Origin: an uncultured virus (IMG/VR IMGVR_UViG_3300017940_000146)
Taxonomy: Duplodnaviria > Heunggongvirae > Uroviricota > Caudoviricetes
IMG/VR virus record: IMGVR_UViG_3300017940_000146
Length of the DNA: 64,000 nucleotides
Reading direction: 5' to 3' (one strand)
Of the stretch, positions 19,396 through 30,219 are shown piece by piece (position 1 is the first letter of the stretch; every line of letters begins with the position of its first letter). Made by a program: the position numbers and the translations under genes. The notes under the pieces are model-generated. The model was not told where the DNA came from, did no database searches, and saw only the letters and a program-made list of their open reading frames with translations.

Positions 19396-19424
19396 TTGAC
19401 AATTATAGTAAAATTTGCTATAAT
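19396..19424 (+). promoter_or_regulatory. Sigma70-type promoter for gp55 operon
   Basis: TTGACA-17-TATAAT. Confidence 0.85.
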
Positions 19425-19475
19425 GAAAGAACGTTAATGAAATAGAAAAAAATCTTCAGGAATAGGTTACTTAAT

Positions 19476-20114
19476 TTGAAAAAACCCATCAAGGTTTGGC
19501 CAAAGGTTGTTTGGCCAGTAGACAATAAAACTTTCTTAAAAGCTTTCCAAGAATATCTCCCTAAGGTAAAACCTTTACGGAAAAAATATAAACAGAAATG
19601 TAAGGTCCTTTTAAAAAAAGGAATACCTAAGAGTAAATTACCTAAATTTGAAAGACCTCAAACTCCTGAATATAATTATATTGGAGAATGTTTAGTGCTT
19701 ATAGCACAACATCTCACACGTAAGGGATTTTTTAGTACTACGCCATATAGAGAAGAAATGATTGGAGATGCATTAGAAAATGCGGTCCTTTGTTTAGAAA
19801 ATTTTAATCCTAGAAAATATAAAAATCCTTTTTCATATTTTACTCAAATTATGACGTATGCTTTTTATCGAAGAATTTCTAAAGAGGAAAAGCATAAGTA
19901 TATTAAACAAATGAGTATTCGTAGTATGGTAGATTTTTTTGCTACTCAAAAAGGTGATAATGGGGAATATGCTAATACTTTTATCAAATTTATGCGAGAA
20001 TTGCAAAATGATACCATTGAAAAATTTGAAGCAAATAAAAATAAGAAAAAGAAACCTATTAAAAAACAACCCAAAAAAATTATTGGTATAGAGAAATTTA
20101 TGGTATGCAGATAA
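19476..20114 (+). CDS. gp55: Late transcription sigma factor gp55
   Basis: VDNK.FL, YIGEC..LIA, YREEMIGDA.EN, NPFSYFTQI..YAF.RRI.KE. Confidence 0.93.
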   Translation: MKKPIKVWPKVVWPVDNKTFLKAFQEYLPKVKPLRKKYKQKCKVLLKKGIPKSKLPKFERPQTPEYNYIGECLVLIAQHLTRKGFFSTTPYREEMIGDALENAVLCLENFNPRKYKNPFSYFTQIMTYAFYRRISKEEKHKYIKQMSIRSMVDFFATQKGDNGEYANTFIKFMRELQNDTIEKFEANKNKKKKPIKKQPKKIIGIEKFMVCR

Positions 20115-20755
20115 CAGATTTACTTAAAAACAGATTTGTATTTGATGTTGGTTGTAATGTTGGGAGAAAAGCAGAACAATATATGGCCGCGGGGGCTCAA
20201 GTTATAGGATTTGAACCGCAAGAAGATTTAGCAAAATTTACTGAAAAGCGATTAGGAATTACAGTTGAAAATGTAGCTTTATCTAATTCAGTAGGTACAG
20301 CGCCTATTTGGAGAGCAACTGAAAACCAAATTACTTCAATGTCACAAGAATTCATAGGACATACTGGCCATAGATTTCAAGGACACTCTTGGAATAAAGA
20401 ACCAGAATATGTTAAAACCGATACATTAGATAATATGATTGCCAAATATGGTAAACCGTTTTATATCAAGATTGATGTAGAAGGATATGAATTATCGGTT
20501 TTACAAGGGCTTACCAAACAGATTGATATCATTTCTATAGAATTTATGGCAGAATTGATGAAAAATACATTTGCTTGTTTGGATTATGTAGGATATAAAG
20601 ACAGAGAATATAATGTTGTAATTGGAGAAGGACCAAATTTTCATTTTAAAGATTGGGTAGATTATGGTAAAATTAGTTGGATGTTAAATACTTTTAATTG
20701 TAAAAATTTTGATTGGGGAGATGTATATATCAAGAAAAATGAAAAATCCCATTAA
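20105..20755 (+). CDS. FkbM-family SAM methyltransferase
   Basis: FDVGCNVG, GFEPQ, TLDNMI..YGKP.YIKIDVEGYE. Confidence 0.9.
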   Translation: MQITDLLKNRFVFDVGCNVGRKAEQYMAAGAQVIGFEPQEDLAKFTEKRLGITVENVALSNSVGTAPIWRATENQITSMSQEFIGHTGHRFQGHSWNKEPEYVKTDTLDNMIAKYGKPFYIKIDVEGYELSVLQGLTKQIDIISIEFMAELMKNTFACLDYVGYKDREYNVVIGEGPNFHFKDWVDYGKISWMLNTFNCKNFDWGDVYIKKNEKSH

Positions 20756-21809
20756 AGTAATTATTGCCGATCAACATTTTGGTGCTCGTTCTGATAGCCC
20801 CATTTTCTTAGATTATTTCCAAAAATTTTATGATGACATTTTTTTCCCATTTATTGATAAAAATAAAATTACTGAAATAATTGATTTGGGAGATACATTT
20901 GATCGTAGAAAATTTGTTAATTTTTTATCTTTTCAAAGATCTAGGGAAATGTATTTTGATCGATTATTGGAACGAAAGATTAAACTTTATAGTATGTTAG
21001 GAAATCATACTACTTATTTTAAAAATACATCTAAAGTAAATGCTGTTAAAGAATTGTGTGGAATGTATCCTAATATTGAAATTTTTGATACAGCTACAGA
21101 AGTGACATTTGATAAAACAAAAATATTATTTGTCCCATGGATTAATGAAGAAAATTATGAACATTCAATGAAAATGATTAAAACTACAACTGCTAAAATC
21201 CTTATGGGACATTTAGAAATTAAAGGATTTTTGGTAAATCGTAGTTTAAGATTGGCAGAAGGATTGGAAGCCAAAATTTTTAAAAAATTTAAAGGTGTTT
21301 GGTCCGGTCATTTACATCATAAATCTCAAGAAGGAAATATATCATATTTGGGGTCACCTTATGAAATTAAATTTGATGATATGAATGATCCACGAGGATT
21401 TCATACATGGAAATCAGGTACTATGAAATTAGAATTCCATGAAAATCCTTATAGAATGTTTTATAAGATATATTATGATGATAAAGAAAAAACTTTAGAT
21501 TTTTTATTGAAAAAGATTAATGATAAGTACCAAGGTGCTTATATAAAAGTGATAGTTCAAAATAGGATAAATCCACTCTTTTTTGATAAATTTATTGAAA
21601 AGTTATTTAATATGAATCCAGCAGATGTAAAAATTGATGATGATTTACAATTATCTGAGGAAGATGCAAATATGAAAGTAGATTTGACTGAAGATACTTT
21701 AACAATTTTGAATAAATATGTTGATAATTTGGAAATAGATTCAAATAAAGACAAAATTAAAGAAGAAATTAAAATCCTTTATACTGAAGCTCAGGGAATG
21801 GATAGATAA
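20739..21809 (+). CDS. gp47: Recombination endonuclease subunit gp47 (Mre11-like)
   Basis: DQHFG, LGDTFDRRK, GNH, GHLE, SGHLH, YLGSPYE. Confidence 0.95.
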   Translation: MKNPIKVIIADQHFGARSDSPIFLDYFQKFYDDIFFPFIDKNKITEIIDLGDTFDRRKFVNFLSFQRSREMYFDRLLERKIKLYSMLGNHTTYFKNTSKVNAVKELCGMYPNIEIFDTATEVTFDKTKILFVPWINEENYEHSMKMIKTTTAKILMGHLEIKGFLVNRSLRLAEGLEAKIFKKFKGVWSGHLHHKSQEGNISYLGSPYEIKFDDMNDPRGFHTWKSGTMKLEFHENPYRMFYKIYYDDKEKTLDFLLKKINDKYQGAYIKVIVQNRINPLFFDKFIEKLFNMNPADVKIDDDLQLSEEDANMKVDLTEDTLTILNKYVDNLEIDSNKDKIKEEIKILYTEAQGMDR

Positions 21810-22165
21810 TGACAGTTCCAACTTTTACAGCAACAATTTATGTAGGTCTTCGTAGAGGATATACTAATGAAGTAATGCCATTTGAATCAGTTGAGAAATT
21901 TATCCAAGAATGGGTGGATAGAATCAGTATTTGTGTTACTGTTACGAGGACTCAATTTGTATATAAGAAAGGTAATGAACCTGGGTTGATTGTTGGGTTC
22001 ATTAATTATCCAAGATTCCCTTCAGAGGAACAAGATATTAGAATGAAGGCACTTATGTTGGCGGGTGAATTGTTGCATTTTTGTAAACAGATGCGCATGA
22101 GTGTAGTTTTCCCAGATAAGACCATCATGTTATCTAATACTGAAGAAATTGAAAAATATTCTTAA
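21809..22165 (+). CDS. Hypothetical protein
   Basis: ORF coupled to gp47; G.EPG..VGFINYPRFP. Confidence 0.6.
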   Translation: MTVPTFTATIYVGLRRGYTNEVMPFESVEKFIQEWVDRISICVTVTRTQFVYKKGNEPGLIVGFINYPRFPSEEQDIRMKALMLAGELLHFCKQMRMSVVFPDKTIMLSNTEEIEKYS

Positions 22166-22180
22166 ATTATAGGATCAAAT

Positions 22181-22480
22181 ATGAAGATATGTTCTATTTG
22201 TAATAAAAAAAGACGATCTGATAAATTTAGGAAATGGTCTCGTATAACTATAGAGGAATATAATATTTTATTAAAAAAACAAAAAGGAAAATGTGCTATA
22301 TGTAAAATTGATAAGGATCCAATAGGAAGAAAATTTGCTGTAGATCACCAACATAAATCTGGAAAAATTAGGGGATTATTATGTAGTAATTGTAATAGGG
22401 GAATAGGGTTATTACAAGATGATCCAAAAATAATTTTACAAGCTTTTAAATATGTGGAGAAAAATTATGGTAAATTTTAA
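22181..22480 (+). CDS. Endonuclease VII-type (HNH) protein, probably a shortened homing endonuclease
   Basis: QKGKCAIC, AVDHQH..GKIRGLLCSNCNRGIG. Confidence 0.8.
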   Translation: MKICSICNKKRRSDKFRKWSRITIEEYNILLKKQKGKCAICKIDKDPIGRKFAVDHQHKSGKIRGLLCSNCNRGIGLLQDDPKIILQAFKYVEKNYGKF

Positions 22481-24179
22481 AAAAGTAAGATGGAAAAACC
22501 TATTAAATACAGGAGATAATTTTACTGAAATAAATTTACGTGGAGCTCCTACGACATTAATTTATGGTGTTAATGGAACAGGGAAATCAACTGTATTAGA
22601 TGCTTTAATTTTTGGTTTATTTGGAGTAGCTTTTCGAAATGTTAATATTCCAGATTTAATTAATGATACAAATGAAGAGGAAATGATTGTTGAAATTGAA
22701 TTTTCAATTGGTCGAACTAATTATAAAATTCGTAGAGGTTTAAAACCAAGAATATTTGAAATTTATATTAATCAAGTAATGGTAGATCAAGAATCTAAAT
22801 CTCGGGATTATCAAAAATATTTAGAACAATCTATTCTTAAATTAAATCGTAAAAGTTTTACGCAAGTGGTTGTATTGGGATCGGCTTCATTTGTACCATT
22901 TATGCAATTATCAGTTGCCGATCGGCGTTATTTAATTGAAGATTTATTAGATATTCAAATTTTTTCAGCTATGAATATTGTTCTTAAACAACGCATAGCA
23001 GAAATGAAAGAAGAATATATCCTTTTATGTAATTCGATTGAATTACAAAATGAAAAGATAACATTGGTAAAAAGTTATCTCAAAAAATTACAATCAGATA
23101 ATATTAATGCGATTACTGAAAAAAAGAATTTGATATCTGAAAATTTAAAACAAAGAAAAGAAGTTGACGAAAAAATCCAATATATTCAACAAGCTATAAC
23201 TGAATTGATTATGACAACTTCTGAACAAATAAATCTTCAGGAACGTATAAGAAAATTGGAAATAACTGAAGATAAACTTAGAACTAATAAAAATAAAACT
23301 GAAAAAGAACAAGAATTTTATAAAAAGACTGATAAATGCCCAACATGTAAGCAAACTATTGATGATATTTTTCGAAATAGTATGTTGAATGAAAAAGGTG
23401 ATTTAATTAAAGAAATTGAATCTGCTTTAATTAAATTGGAGGGAGAATTATCAGAATCTGAATCTAGGTTAAATGGAATTAAAAAGATCCTTTTAGAAAT
23501 TGAAGAAAATTCTAAAGAGGTAAATAAGTTACAAAGTTCAATTCGTGCAATTGATAACTTTATTGAAAAGGTACAAGAAGATATTAATGAATTACAGGAA
23601 AAAAGTGGAGATACTAAAGAACAAGAAGATAAATTGAAAGATTTATACAAAGAATTATCCAAATTGATGGAACAAAGAGATGAATTAACATCCAAAAAAC
23701 ATTATTTGGATATAATTTCTGTAATGTTGAAAGATACTGGTATTAAAACTAAAATTATTAGGCAATATCTTCCAATTATTAATAAATATGTCAATCGATA
23801 TTTGGCAGCTATGGACTTCTTTGCTAATTTTACAATTGATGAGAATTTTAAAGAATTGATTCATATTCGTGGAAATAAAGAAAGAACATATTATCAATTA
23901 TCAGAAGGACAAAAACTTCGTATTGATTTGGCAATTTTATTTACATGGCGAGAAATTGCTAGATTAAAAAATTCCGCAAATACGAATTTATTGATAATGG
24001 ATGAAATTTTTGAAAAGAGTTTGGATGCATCAGGTGTGGATGATCTTTTAAAGATTATTCAGTTATTAAGTAAGGATGTAAATATTTTTGTTATTAGTCC
24101 TCAAGGTGATTTATTGATTGATAAGTTTAATAATACATTGAAATTTATTGAAGAAAAGGGATTTAGCATTTTGGAGTAA
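22467..24179 (+). CDS. gp46: Recombination ATPase subunit gp46 (Rad50-like)
   Basis: GVNGTGKST, CPTC zinc hook, LSEGQK signature, LIMDE. Confidence 0.96.
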   Translation: MVNFKKVRWKNLLNTGDNFTEINLRGAPTTLIYGVNGTGKSTVLDALIFGLFGVAFRNVNIPDLINDTNEEEMIVEIEFSIGRTNYKIRRGLKPRIFEIYINQVMVDQESKSRDYQKYLEQSILKLNRKSFTQVVVLGSASFVPFMQLSVADRRYLIEDLLDIQIFSAMNIVLKQRIAEMKEEYILLCNSIELQNEKITLVKSYLKKLQSDNINAITEKKNLISENLKQRKEVDEKIQYIQQAITELIMTTSEQINLQERIRKLEITEDKLRTNKNKTEKEQEFYKKTDKCPTCKQTIDDIFRNSMLNEKGDLIKEIESALIKLEGELSESESRLNGIKKILLEIEENSKEVNKLQSSIRAIDNFIEKVQEDINELQEKSGDTKEQEDKLKDLYKELSKLMEQRDELTSKKHYLDIISVMLKDTGIKTKIIRQYLPIINKYVNRYLAAMDFFANFTIDENFKELIHIRGNKERTYYQLSEGQKLRIDLAILFTWREIARLKNSANTNLLIMDEIFEKSLDASGVDDLLKIIQLLSKDVNIFVISPQGDLLIDKFNNTLKFIEEKGFSILE

Positions 24180-24181
24180 TT

Positions 24182-25897
24182 ATGATGGAAAAACATTATT
24201 GGGATAGAAATGATTATATTCTTGAAGATCAATCTATCAATGTAACATTTAAAGAATTGTTACTAATGGATAATGAAGAATTCGAAACGTGGGTTGATAA
24301 GATGCGCGCCCGTGTGCTTGAGGTATGGGATGAATATGGAGTTCCACCATTAGCTGGATCCAATGAATTTGAAATGGAAGAAGAATTCCGTAAGATGAGT
24401 GGAACTCCTGGAATCACTCTTTCACGATATAAACCTAAATCAGGATCTACAAAACCTTATGTTGATGAATTAGATGGAAAAGAAAATGTGATTATTAATG
24501 ATGGATGTATGGGATCATGTGTGAATCAATTTTTTCCAACCATGATGCGTGCTAAAATAAATTATCAAACTAAAGTGACTGAAAAGGGATTTAATGGGTA
24601 TGCAGTTTATGATTTATTCAAAGATAATAGATTCCGAAATAGGATGCAAAAAGGATGCCGTAGACATTTTCGTAAAGATTCATTTTACAAATATTCCATT
24701 TCAATTTTAGCTAATAGTGATATGGGTTTAGTTCCAGCGGCTACTGGTAAAGAATGGGTTCAATTATTCAAAAGAGATTTTGTAAAATTTGGTGAATATG
24801 GATTTTGGTTGAGTCGTGTTGAACCTTCCAAAGAAGGTGAAACAGGTAGTGGTTATACTCAAGTTGATGCTTCAAAATTTTTATGGCTTTCTAAAGCTGA
24901 TATTATTGAATTATTTACATTAGGAATTATAGGTCCAGAACACCTAACTAATTTATTAGGAGAACTTCCTCCAGCTTTCATTAAACCTTTTGGTTCAAAT
25001 AAAAAGATAAAAATATATCTAGATCCATATTTTCAAGCAATGGAACAGGATTTAAAAGAAGAAGAACAATACCATATCCGTTTCTTTAAGAATTCAACTC
25101 GAATTTTTCCACTTGGATTTACAGCATTTAAAATTGGTTATATTCAAGTAGCAGTAAATTTTCCACCAATGGTTGCCAAATATCTTTATGAAAAATATAC
25201 AGACCATATTAAAGATCAACCAGTAATTAACATTTATGACCCATCTGCGGGTTGGGGTGGCCGAATTGCGGGTGCAATGACTGTATTAGATGATAGACAT
25301 ATTCATTATATTGGAACAGATCCAAATACAGATAATTTTATTGATGAACTTGGAAAAACTCGTTACGAGTATTTGGCAGGATTTATTAATAATTCATTGA
25401 AACATTGGGGTTATGAACCACATACATTTGAAGTATTTCAATTAGGGTCTGAAGTAATTGGAAAAGATAAGAAATTCAAAAAATATAAAGGAAAATTAGA
25501 CCTTGTTTTTACATCACCTCCATATTTTTCAAAGGAACAATATAGTGAAGATGAAACACAATCATGTATTAAATTCCCTCAATATGATGCATGGCGAGAA
25601 GGATTTTTACGTCCAACTTTAGAAACTGCGGTTTCTTATCTTAAGAAAAATCGATATTTACTTTGGAATGTAGCAGATGTTTTTTATGGAAAAGAATGTA
25701 TGCCAATTGAACAAGACAGTTCTGAGATTTTGAAATCACTTGGAATGAAATTTGTTGGTGTTGAAAAAATGGTATTAATGAATATGCCGGGTGCGAATCG
25801 CATTGGAGAAGATGGAACCCCTCTTTGTAAGAATTATATCAAAGTATTAGGACGATTCCGGAAATATGAGCCGGTTTATGTGTGGAAGAAAGAATAA
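24182..25897 (+). CDS. Amino (N4-C/N6-A) DNA methyltransferase with large N-terminal region
   Basis: YDPSAGWGGR SAM-binding motif, FTSPPYF catalytic motif. Confidence 0.8.
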   Translation: MMEKHYWDRNDYILEDQSINVTFKELLLMDNEEFETWVDKMRARVLEVWDEYGVPPLAGSNEFEMEEEFRKMSGTPGITLSRYKPKSGSTKPYVDELDGKENVIINDGCMGSCVNQFFPTMMRAKINYQTKVTEKGFNGYAVYDLFKDNRFRNRMQKGCRRHFRKDSFYKYSISILANSDMGLVPAATGKEWVQLFKRDFVKFGEYGFWLSRVEPSKEGETGSGYTQVDASKFLWLSKADIIELFTLGIIGPEHLTNLLGELPPAFIKPFGSNKKIKIYLDPYFQAMEQDLKEEEQYHIRFFKNSTRIFPLGFTAFKIGYIQVAVNFPPMVAKYLYEKYTDHIKDQPVINIYDPSAGWGGRIAGAMTVLDDRHIHYIGTDPNTDNFIDELGKTRYEYLAGFINNSLKHWGYEPHTFEVFQLGSEVIGKDKKFKKYKGKLDLVFTSPPYFSKEQYSEDETQSCIKFPQYDAWREGFLRPTLETAVSYLKKNRYLLWNVADVFYGKECMPIEQDSSEILKSLGMKFVGVEKMVLMNMPGANRIGEDGTPLCKNYIKVLGRFRKYEPVYVWKKE

Positions 25898-26298
25898 TGT
25901 GGAAATTAAAGTTAACCTAGATGAATTTAATAAACTATTAGATAGTATAATTGATTTAATTGAAAATTATGGGAAACATGAAGATCCAAATTCAATTTGT
26001 GTAATTCACTTGGACGAAATGCGAAGACGGCAACAAATTGTTATTGATGCGGTCAAGACATTCCGTCCAAGTTATATCCAGAAAACTAGCTTTTCTGGTG
26101 TTTCCTCTGAATAGCATCAATGAGGACAAAAACTGTAAATACAGTTAAAACGAGTATGACTGTCATACTATTATAGTTGCACGTTTAATGCAAATCTCAA
26201 GTTATTGATTCTAAAGATAAGGAAATTTTCGTATGTTGAGAAACTACGCAAATTTGGGAAAGGATAGTAGAGAAATACAACACTCATAAGGAAGAAAC

Positions 26299-27315
26299 AT
26301 GTTATATGCAAATAGTTTTGATGATGTTTTATTAGTTCCACAAAGAACATTTGGAGGTAGTCGTGATCAAGTTTCATTGGCTACTTCGGTTGCTGGTATT
26401 CCATTAAAATTTCCCATTTTATCTGCTAATATGTCTTCGATTACAGAAACCGATATGGCAATAGAAATGTATAAATTTGGTGGAGTTGGAGTATTACATA
26501 GAATGTGTTCTCCTAAAGAACAATTATATTTACTTCCAAAATATGAAAAACCACCTGTATTTGTTTCGGTTGAAGGGAAATATAAAGAAGCATTAGAAAG
26601 AATTAGATTGTGTGAAAAGTATCATCCCTATGGATATTGTATTGATGTGGCTCATGCTGATTCTCCTGAAGTTGAAAATACAATTTTAGAAATTTATAGT
26701 AAAATTATTCCAACACCTAGATTGATTATAGGTAATTATGCAACTCCTAAAGGTATTGATAATCTTTTAAAAAGGTTGGGAGGTAATTTTCCATTATATG
26801 ATTTATCATTTAAAGTGGGGATTGGAAGTGGTAGTCAATGTACTACAAGAATTGTTACAGGATCTGGTCTTCCTACTTTAGAAAGTATTTTTAGAATTCG
26901 GAAATTTTTTCCTAAAATTAATTTAATTGCTGATGGAGGAATAAAGAATTCTGGTGATATTGTAAAAGCATTAGCCGCTGGAGCCAATTCAGTTATGTTA
27001 GGCCATTTGATTGCTGGGACAAAAGAAACTCCAGGTAATGTGATTAAAGATGATGGAAAATTATTCAAAATATATCGCGGTTCAGCATCGTTTGGACAAA
27101 AATTTGAAGTTCAAAAACAAGGATATATTGAAGGTGAAGAAACATTAGTTCCATATAAAGGACATGTATCTACAATTCTTACTCAATTAATGGAAGGTGT
27201 TCGTTCTGGTTTTTCATATAATGGTGCACGTAATATTGTAGAATTATGGAAGAATGCTGAATTTGTTCAAATTAGTGCCGCGGGTTATCATGAAAGTACT
27301 GCTCATGGCGCTTGA
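26299..27315 (+). CDS. IMP dehydrogenase/GMP reductase family protein, no CBS domains
   Basis: [55 protein letters not shown]. Confidence 0.9.
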   Translation: MLYANSFDDVLLVPQRTFGGSRDQVSLATSVAGIPLKFPILSANMSSITETDMAIEMYKFGGVGVLHRMCSPKEQLYLLPKYEKPPVFVSVEGKYKEALERIRLCEKYHPYGYCIDVAHADSPEVENTILEIYSKIIPTPRLIIGNYATPKGIDNLLKRLGGNFPLYDLSFKVGIGSGSQCTTRIVTGSGLPTLESIFRIRKFFPKINLIADGGIKNSGDIVKALAAGANSVMLGHLIAGTKETPGNVIKDDGKLFKIYRGSASFGQKFEVQKQGYIEGEETLVPYKGHVSTILTQLMEGVRSGFSYNGARNIVELWKNAEFVQISAAGYHESTAHGA

Positions 27316-27340
27316 CAAATTACATAAATCATGTTATAAT
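27312..27340 (+). promoter_or_regulatory. Sigma70-type promoter
   Basis: TTGACA-17-TATAAT. Confidence 0.85.
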
Positions 27341-27435
27341 TAAATTTATGAATGAATATAGTAGAATTTGTCCAAAATGTAAGAAGAAGTTGGTATATTC
27401 ATCTAAAACATGACTACAGCGGGAGGTAGGGCCGA

Positions 27436-27900
27436 ATGACAAAGTACGTTGCCGGTTTTCTTTTCAGTTCTGACGGCTCCAAGGTAGCCTTGATCCACAA
27501 GAACCACGGGCCTGCTTCGGTGGTAGGGCACTGGAATGCCATCGGCGGTAAGCGCACATCCGGAGAGCCTGGGTTGCCAGATGAAAGCGCCAGCGCGGCC
27601 ATGTGGCGCGAGTTCAATGAAGAGGCTGGAGTTGCCGTGGGTTGGACGCTATTTCTCAGACTTTTTGGGAAGGATTGGTCTGTTGAGTTCTTTCATGCCT
27701 TTGACACAACAAAACTGGAGGCTTGCCGCACGCTGGAGTCCGAAGAGGTGCGCATATTCCCAGTTTCGGACCTCCCCAACGTGGTTCCAAACCTTCGATG
27801 GATCATCCCGATGGCGAGAGGCCACCAAGACGATCACGTTTGGCTGTACGAGGTGGAAGAGAAAGAGACTTTTGCGCCATGCGGGAATGATCCAAAATAA
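27436..27900 (+). CDS. NUDIX hydrolase on a GC-rich segment
   Basis: WNAIGGK...E.ASAAMWREFNEEAGV Nudix box; GGAGG RBS. Confidence 0.88.
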   Translation: MTKYVAGFLFSSDGSKVALIHKNHGPASVVGHWNAIGGKRTSGEPGLPDESASAAMWREFNEEAGVAVGWTLFLRLFGKDWSVEFFHAFDTTKLEACRTLESEEVRIFPVSDLPNVVPNLRWIIPMARGHQDDHVWLYEVEEKETFAPCGNDPK

Positions 27901-27924
27901 AATTTTGAAGTCTTTGGAGATTAA

Positions 27925-30126
27925 ATGATAAACATTCAATCCAAAAAGATGTTGGCAAAATTATTAGCTAAAGAAGATTTAACAGTAGTACATGCGGGTA
28001 TTTGTACTGCGTCCTTCGATCCAAAAAGAAGAATATTAACTCTTCCAATTTGGAAAGATATATCAAATGATATATATGATCTTTTTATCCTTCATGAAGT
28101 ATCACATGCATTATTTTCTACACAAGGAGGAAATATATTTACTGAAGCATGTATGTATGTTAATCCTATTCATCCTCGGGCTGCAAAAAGACTTATCAAT
28201 ATTGTAGAAGATTGCCGTATTGAAAAACTTATAAAGATCAAATATCCTGGTGGCCGAAAAGCATTTTTAAATGGATATAAAGAATTAGTAGATAGAGATT
28301 TTTTTGCTACGAAATCTCGTAATATAAATGAATTCAATATTATAGACCGTATTAATGTTTATTTTAAAACGAGAGATTCTTCAATTATTTTTTCTCCAAT
28401 TGAACATGAATTTGTTGATCGTATTGAAAAAGCATTAATATTTAATGATGTTATAGATATTTGTTTTGACTTATATAAGTATGCTAAAGAGGAACAAAAG
28501 AAAAAAAGAGAATCACAAAAGGAAGAAAATCAAGAAGAGAAACAAAAAGAACAGAATGTATCTCAAAAAGAAGATTCTGATGTAATTGATCCCGATTCAG
28601 ATATTGATGAATCTGATAATGAGGAAGATACTGTAGAACCAGAAAAGGAAGAAAATGAAATTAAAAAAGATACTTCCAAAGAAACCAAAGAAACCAATGA
28701 AGACAAAAAATCCAAAGAAACCACTAAAACCGAAAAGGACAATGAATCGGAATTAGATATTCCTATAGAATCGGAAACTGATAAAACTTGGGAAAAATCT
28801 CAAGAAAATTTAATTGATTCTATGGCTAAAAATGTTAAATATTTAGGTATACCTATTCCAAAATTAGATCAAATTATTATTCCTTATTGGGTAGTTCATT
28901 CTGAAATTAGATTATTTTATGATCAAAAACCAAATATGGTTTCTCTTCATACTAATGAATTTGAAAAATTTAAAGAAGAAAATAAACCAGTGGTTGCATG
29001 GTTACAAAAAGAATTTGAAATACATAAAGCGGCCGATGCATACCGTAGAACCCAAATTTCAAATATGGGAATTATCGATCTTCATAAATTAAATAGGTAT
29101 AAATTTGAAGATGATATTATGTTGAAAGTGGCCACTATACCAGAAGGTAAGAATCATATTTTACAAATTTTTGTTGATTGGAGTGGTTCCATGGAACCAC
29201 ATATGTTGGGAGCTATTCATCAATTATTGAATTTGGTTTTATTTGCTAAAAAAGAACAAATTCCATTTGATGTTTATACTTTTGGATCATATGCAACACA
29301 TAGTAAGCAAAATATTTTTTCTTTGGGAATAGAAGCAAACGCGGATGAATTTATACATCATAAAGATGATTTTGCTTTTTTTGCAGGATTTAAGTTACGT
29401 CAAATTTTATCAAGTAATATGTCCGCCACAGATTTTAATGATGCTTGTATTAATTTATTAATGATGGCTTCTAGTAATCAACTTTCTTTACCACCCACAG
29501 ATTTAATGGGAGGTACTCCTTTAAATGAAACCATTGTAACTGCGATAGAGATGGTTAAACCATTTTGTAAGAAATATCAAAAAGTAAATACAATTTTTAT
29601 TACAGATGGTGAAGCAACAACAGATCATTATTATGTAGGTAATGAAGAAGGACATGTATTACCTATTGATTGTAATAAAAATGATATATTTTTGAAAGAT
29701 CCAATAACTCATATAGATTATCCAATTTCGGTATCATCTATGGAAAATACTTCACAATTTTTACAAATTTTCCGTAATCGTACAGGAGTTAATGCTATTG
29801 GATTTTTTATTTCGGGAGATTCTGAAGAATTAAAAAATCATGCGTTTGAAATTTTATGTCCTAAAAGATGGATAGATGAAGATAGCCAAAATAAATTAAG
29901 AGGTGAATTTAATAAAAATGGTTTTATTTTGGCTGATGATATGGGATATAATGAATTTTATATTATTCCTGGAGGAAAAGAATTGAAAATTCATTTACCA
30001 TCAAGTCCGTTTGCGCCAGCAATGCCAATGAGTAATCGTCAAATGGTAACAGCAATGACTGATCATGGATTGAAACAGAGGAAACAACGCGTAGTTCTCA
30101 CTCGGTTTATACGGATGATTTCTTAA
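27925..30126 (+). CDS. CobT-like protein: N-terminal HExxH metallopeptidase-like domain, acidic linker, C-terminal VWA domain
   Basis: LHEVSHALF, NIVEDCRIE, VDWSGSM MIDAS motif, GGTPLNE, FITDGE. Confidence 0.85.
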   Translation: MINIQSKKMLAKLLAKEDLTVVHAGICTASFDPKRRILTLPIWKDISNDIYDLFILHEVSHALFSTQGGNIFTEACMYVNPIHPRAAKRLINIVEDCRIEKLIKIKYPGGRKAFLNGYKELVDRDFFATKSRNINEFNIIDRINVYFKTRDSSIIFSPIEHEFVDRIEKALIFNDVIDICFDLYKYAKEEQKKKRESQKEENQEEKQKEQNVSQKEDSDVIDPDSDIDESDNEEDTVEPEKEENEIKKDTSKETKETNEDKKSKETTKTEKDNESELDIPIESETDKTWEKSQENLIDSMAKNVKYLGIPIPKLDQIIIPYWVVHSEIRLFYDQKPNMVSLHTNEFEKFKEENKPVVAWLQKEFEIHKAADAYRRTQISNMGIIDLHKLNRYKFEDDIMLKVATIPEGKNHILQIFVDWSGSMEPHMLGAIHQLLNLVLFAKKEQIPFDVYTFGSYATHSKQNIFSLGIEANADEFIHHKDDFAFFAGFKLRQILSSNMSATDFNDACINLLMMASSNQLSLPPTDLMGGTPLNETIVTAIEMVKPFCKKYQKVNTIFITDGEATTDHYYVGNEEGHVLPIDCNKNDIFLKDPITHIDYPISVSSMENTSQFLQIFRNRTGVNAIGFFISGDSEELKNHAFEILCPKRWIDEDSQNKLRGEFNKNGFILADDMGYNEFYIIPGGKELKIHLPSSPFAPAMPMSNRQMVTAMTDHGLKQRKQRVVLTRFIRMIS

Positions 30127-30172
30127 TTTTATAATGTCCGCGTTTTTTAACAAGATTCATTAAATAGGGTAC

Positions 30173-30201
30173 TTGACAATTCATTGAAAATATAGTATAA
30201 T
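30173..30201 (+). promoter_or_regulatory. Sigma70-type promoter
   Basis: TTGACA-17-TATAAT. Confidence 0.85.
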
Positions 30202-30219
30202 TAAAGATAGGGGTTAGAA

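Noticed and set aside
26110..26176. Hammerhead-like arrangement of hairpins
   Set aside because: Lacks the CUGANGA and GAAA core
27414..27939. Several overlapping ORFs around the NUDIX gene
   Set aside because: By-product of high local GC (few stops); only 27436-27900 has an RBS and a family motif
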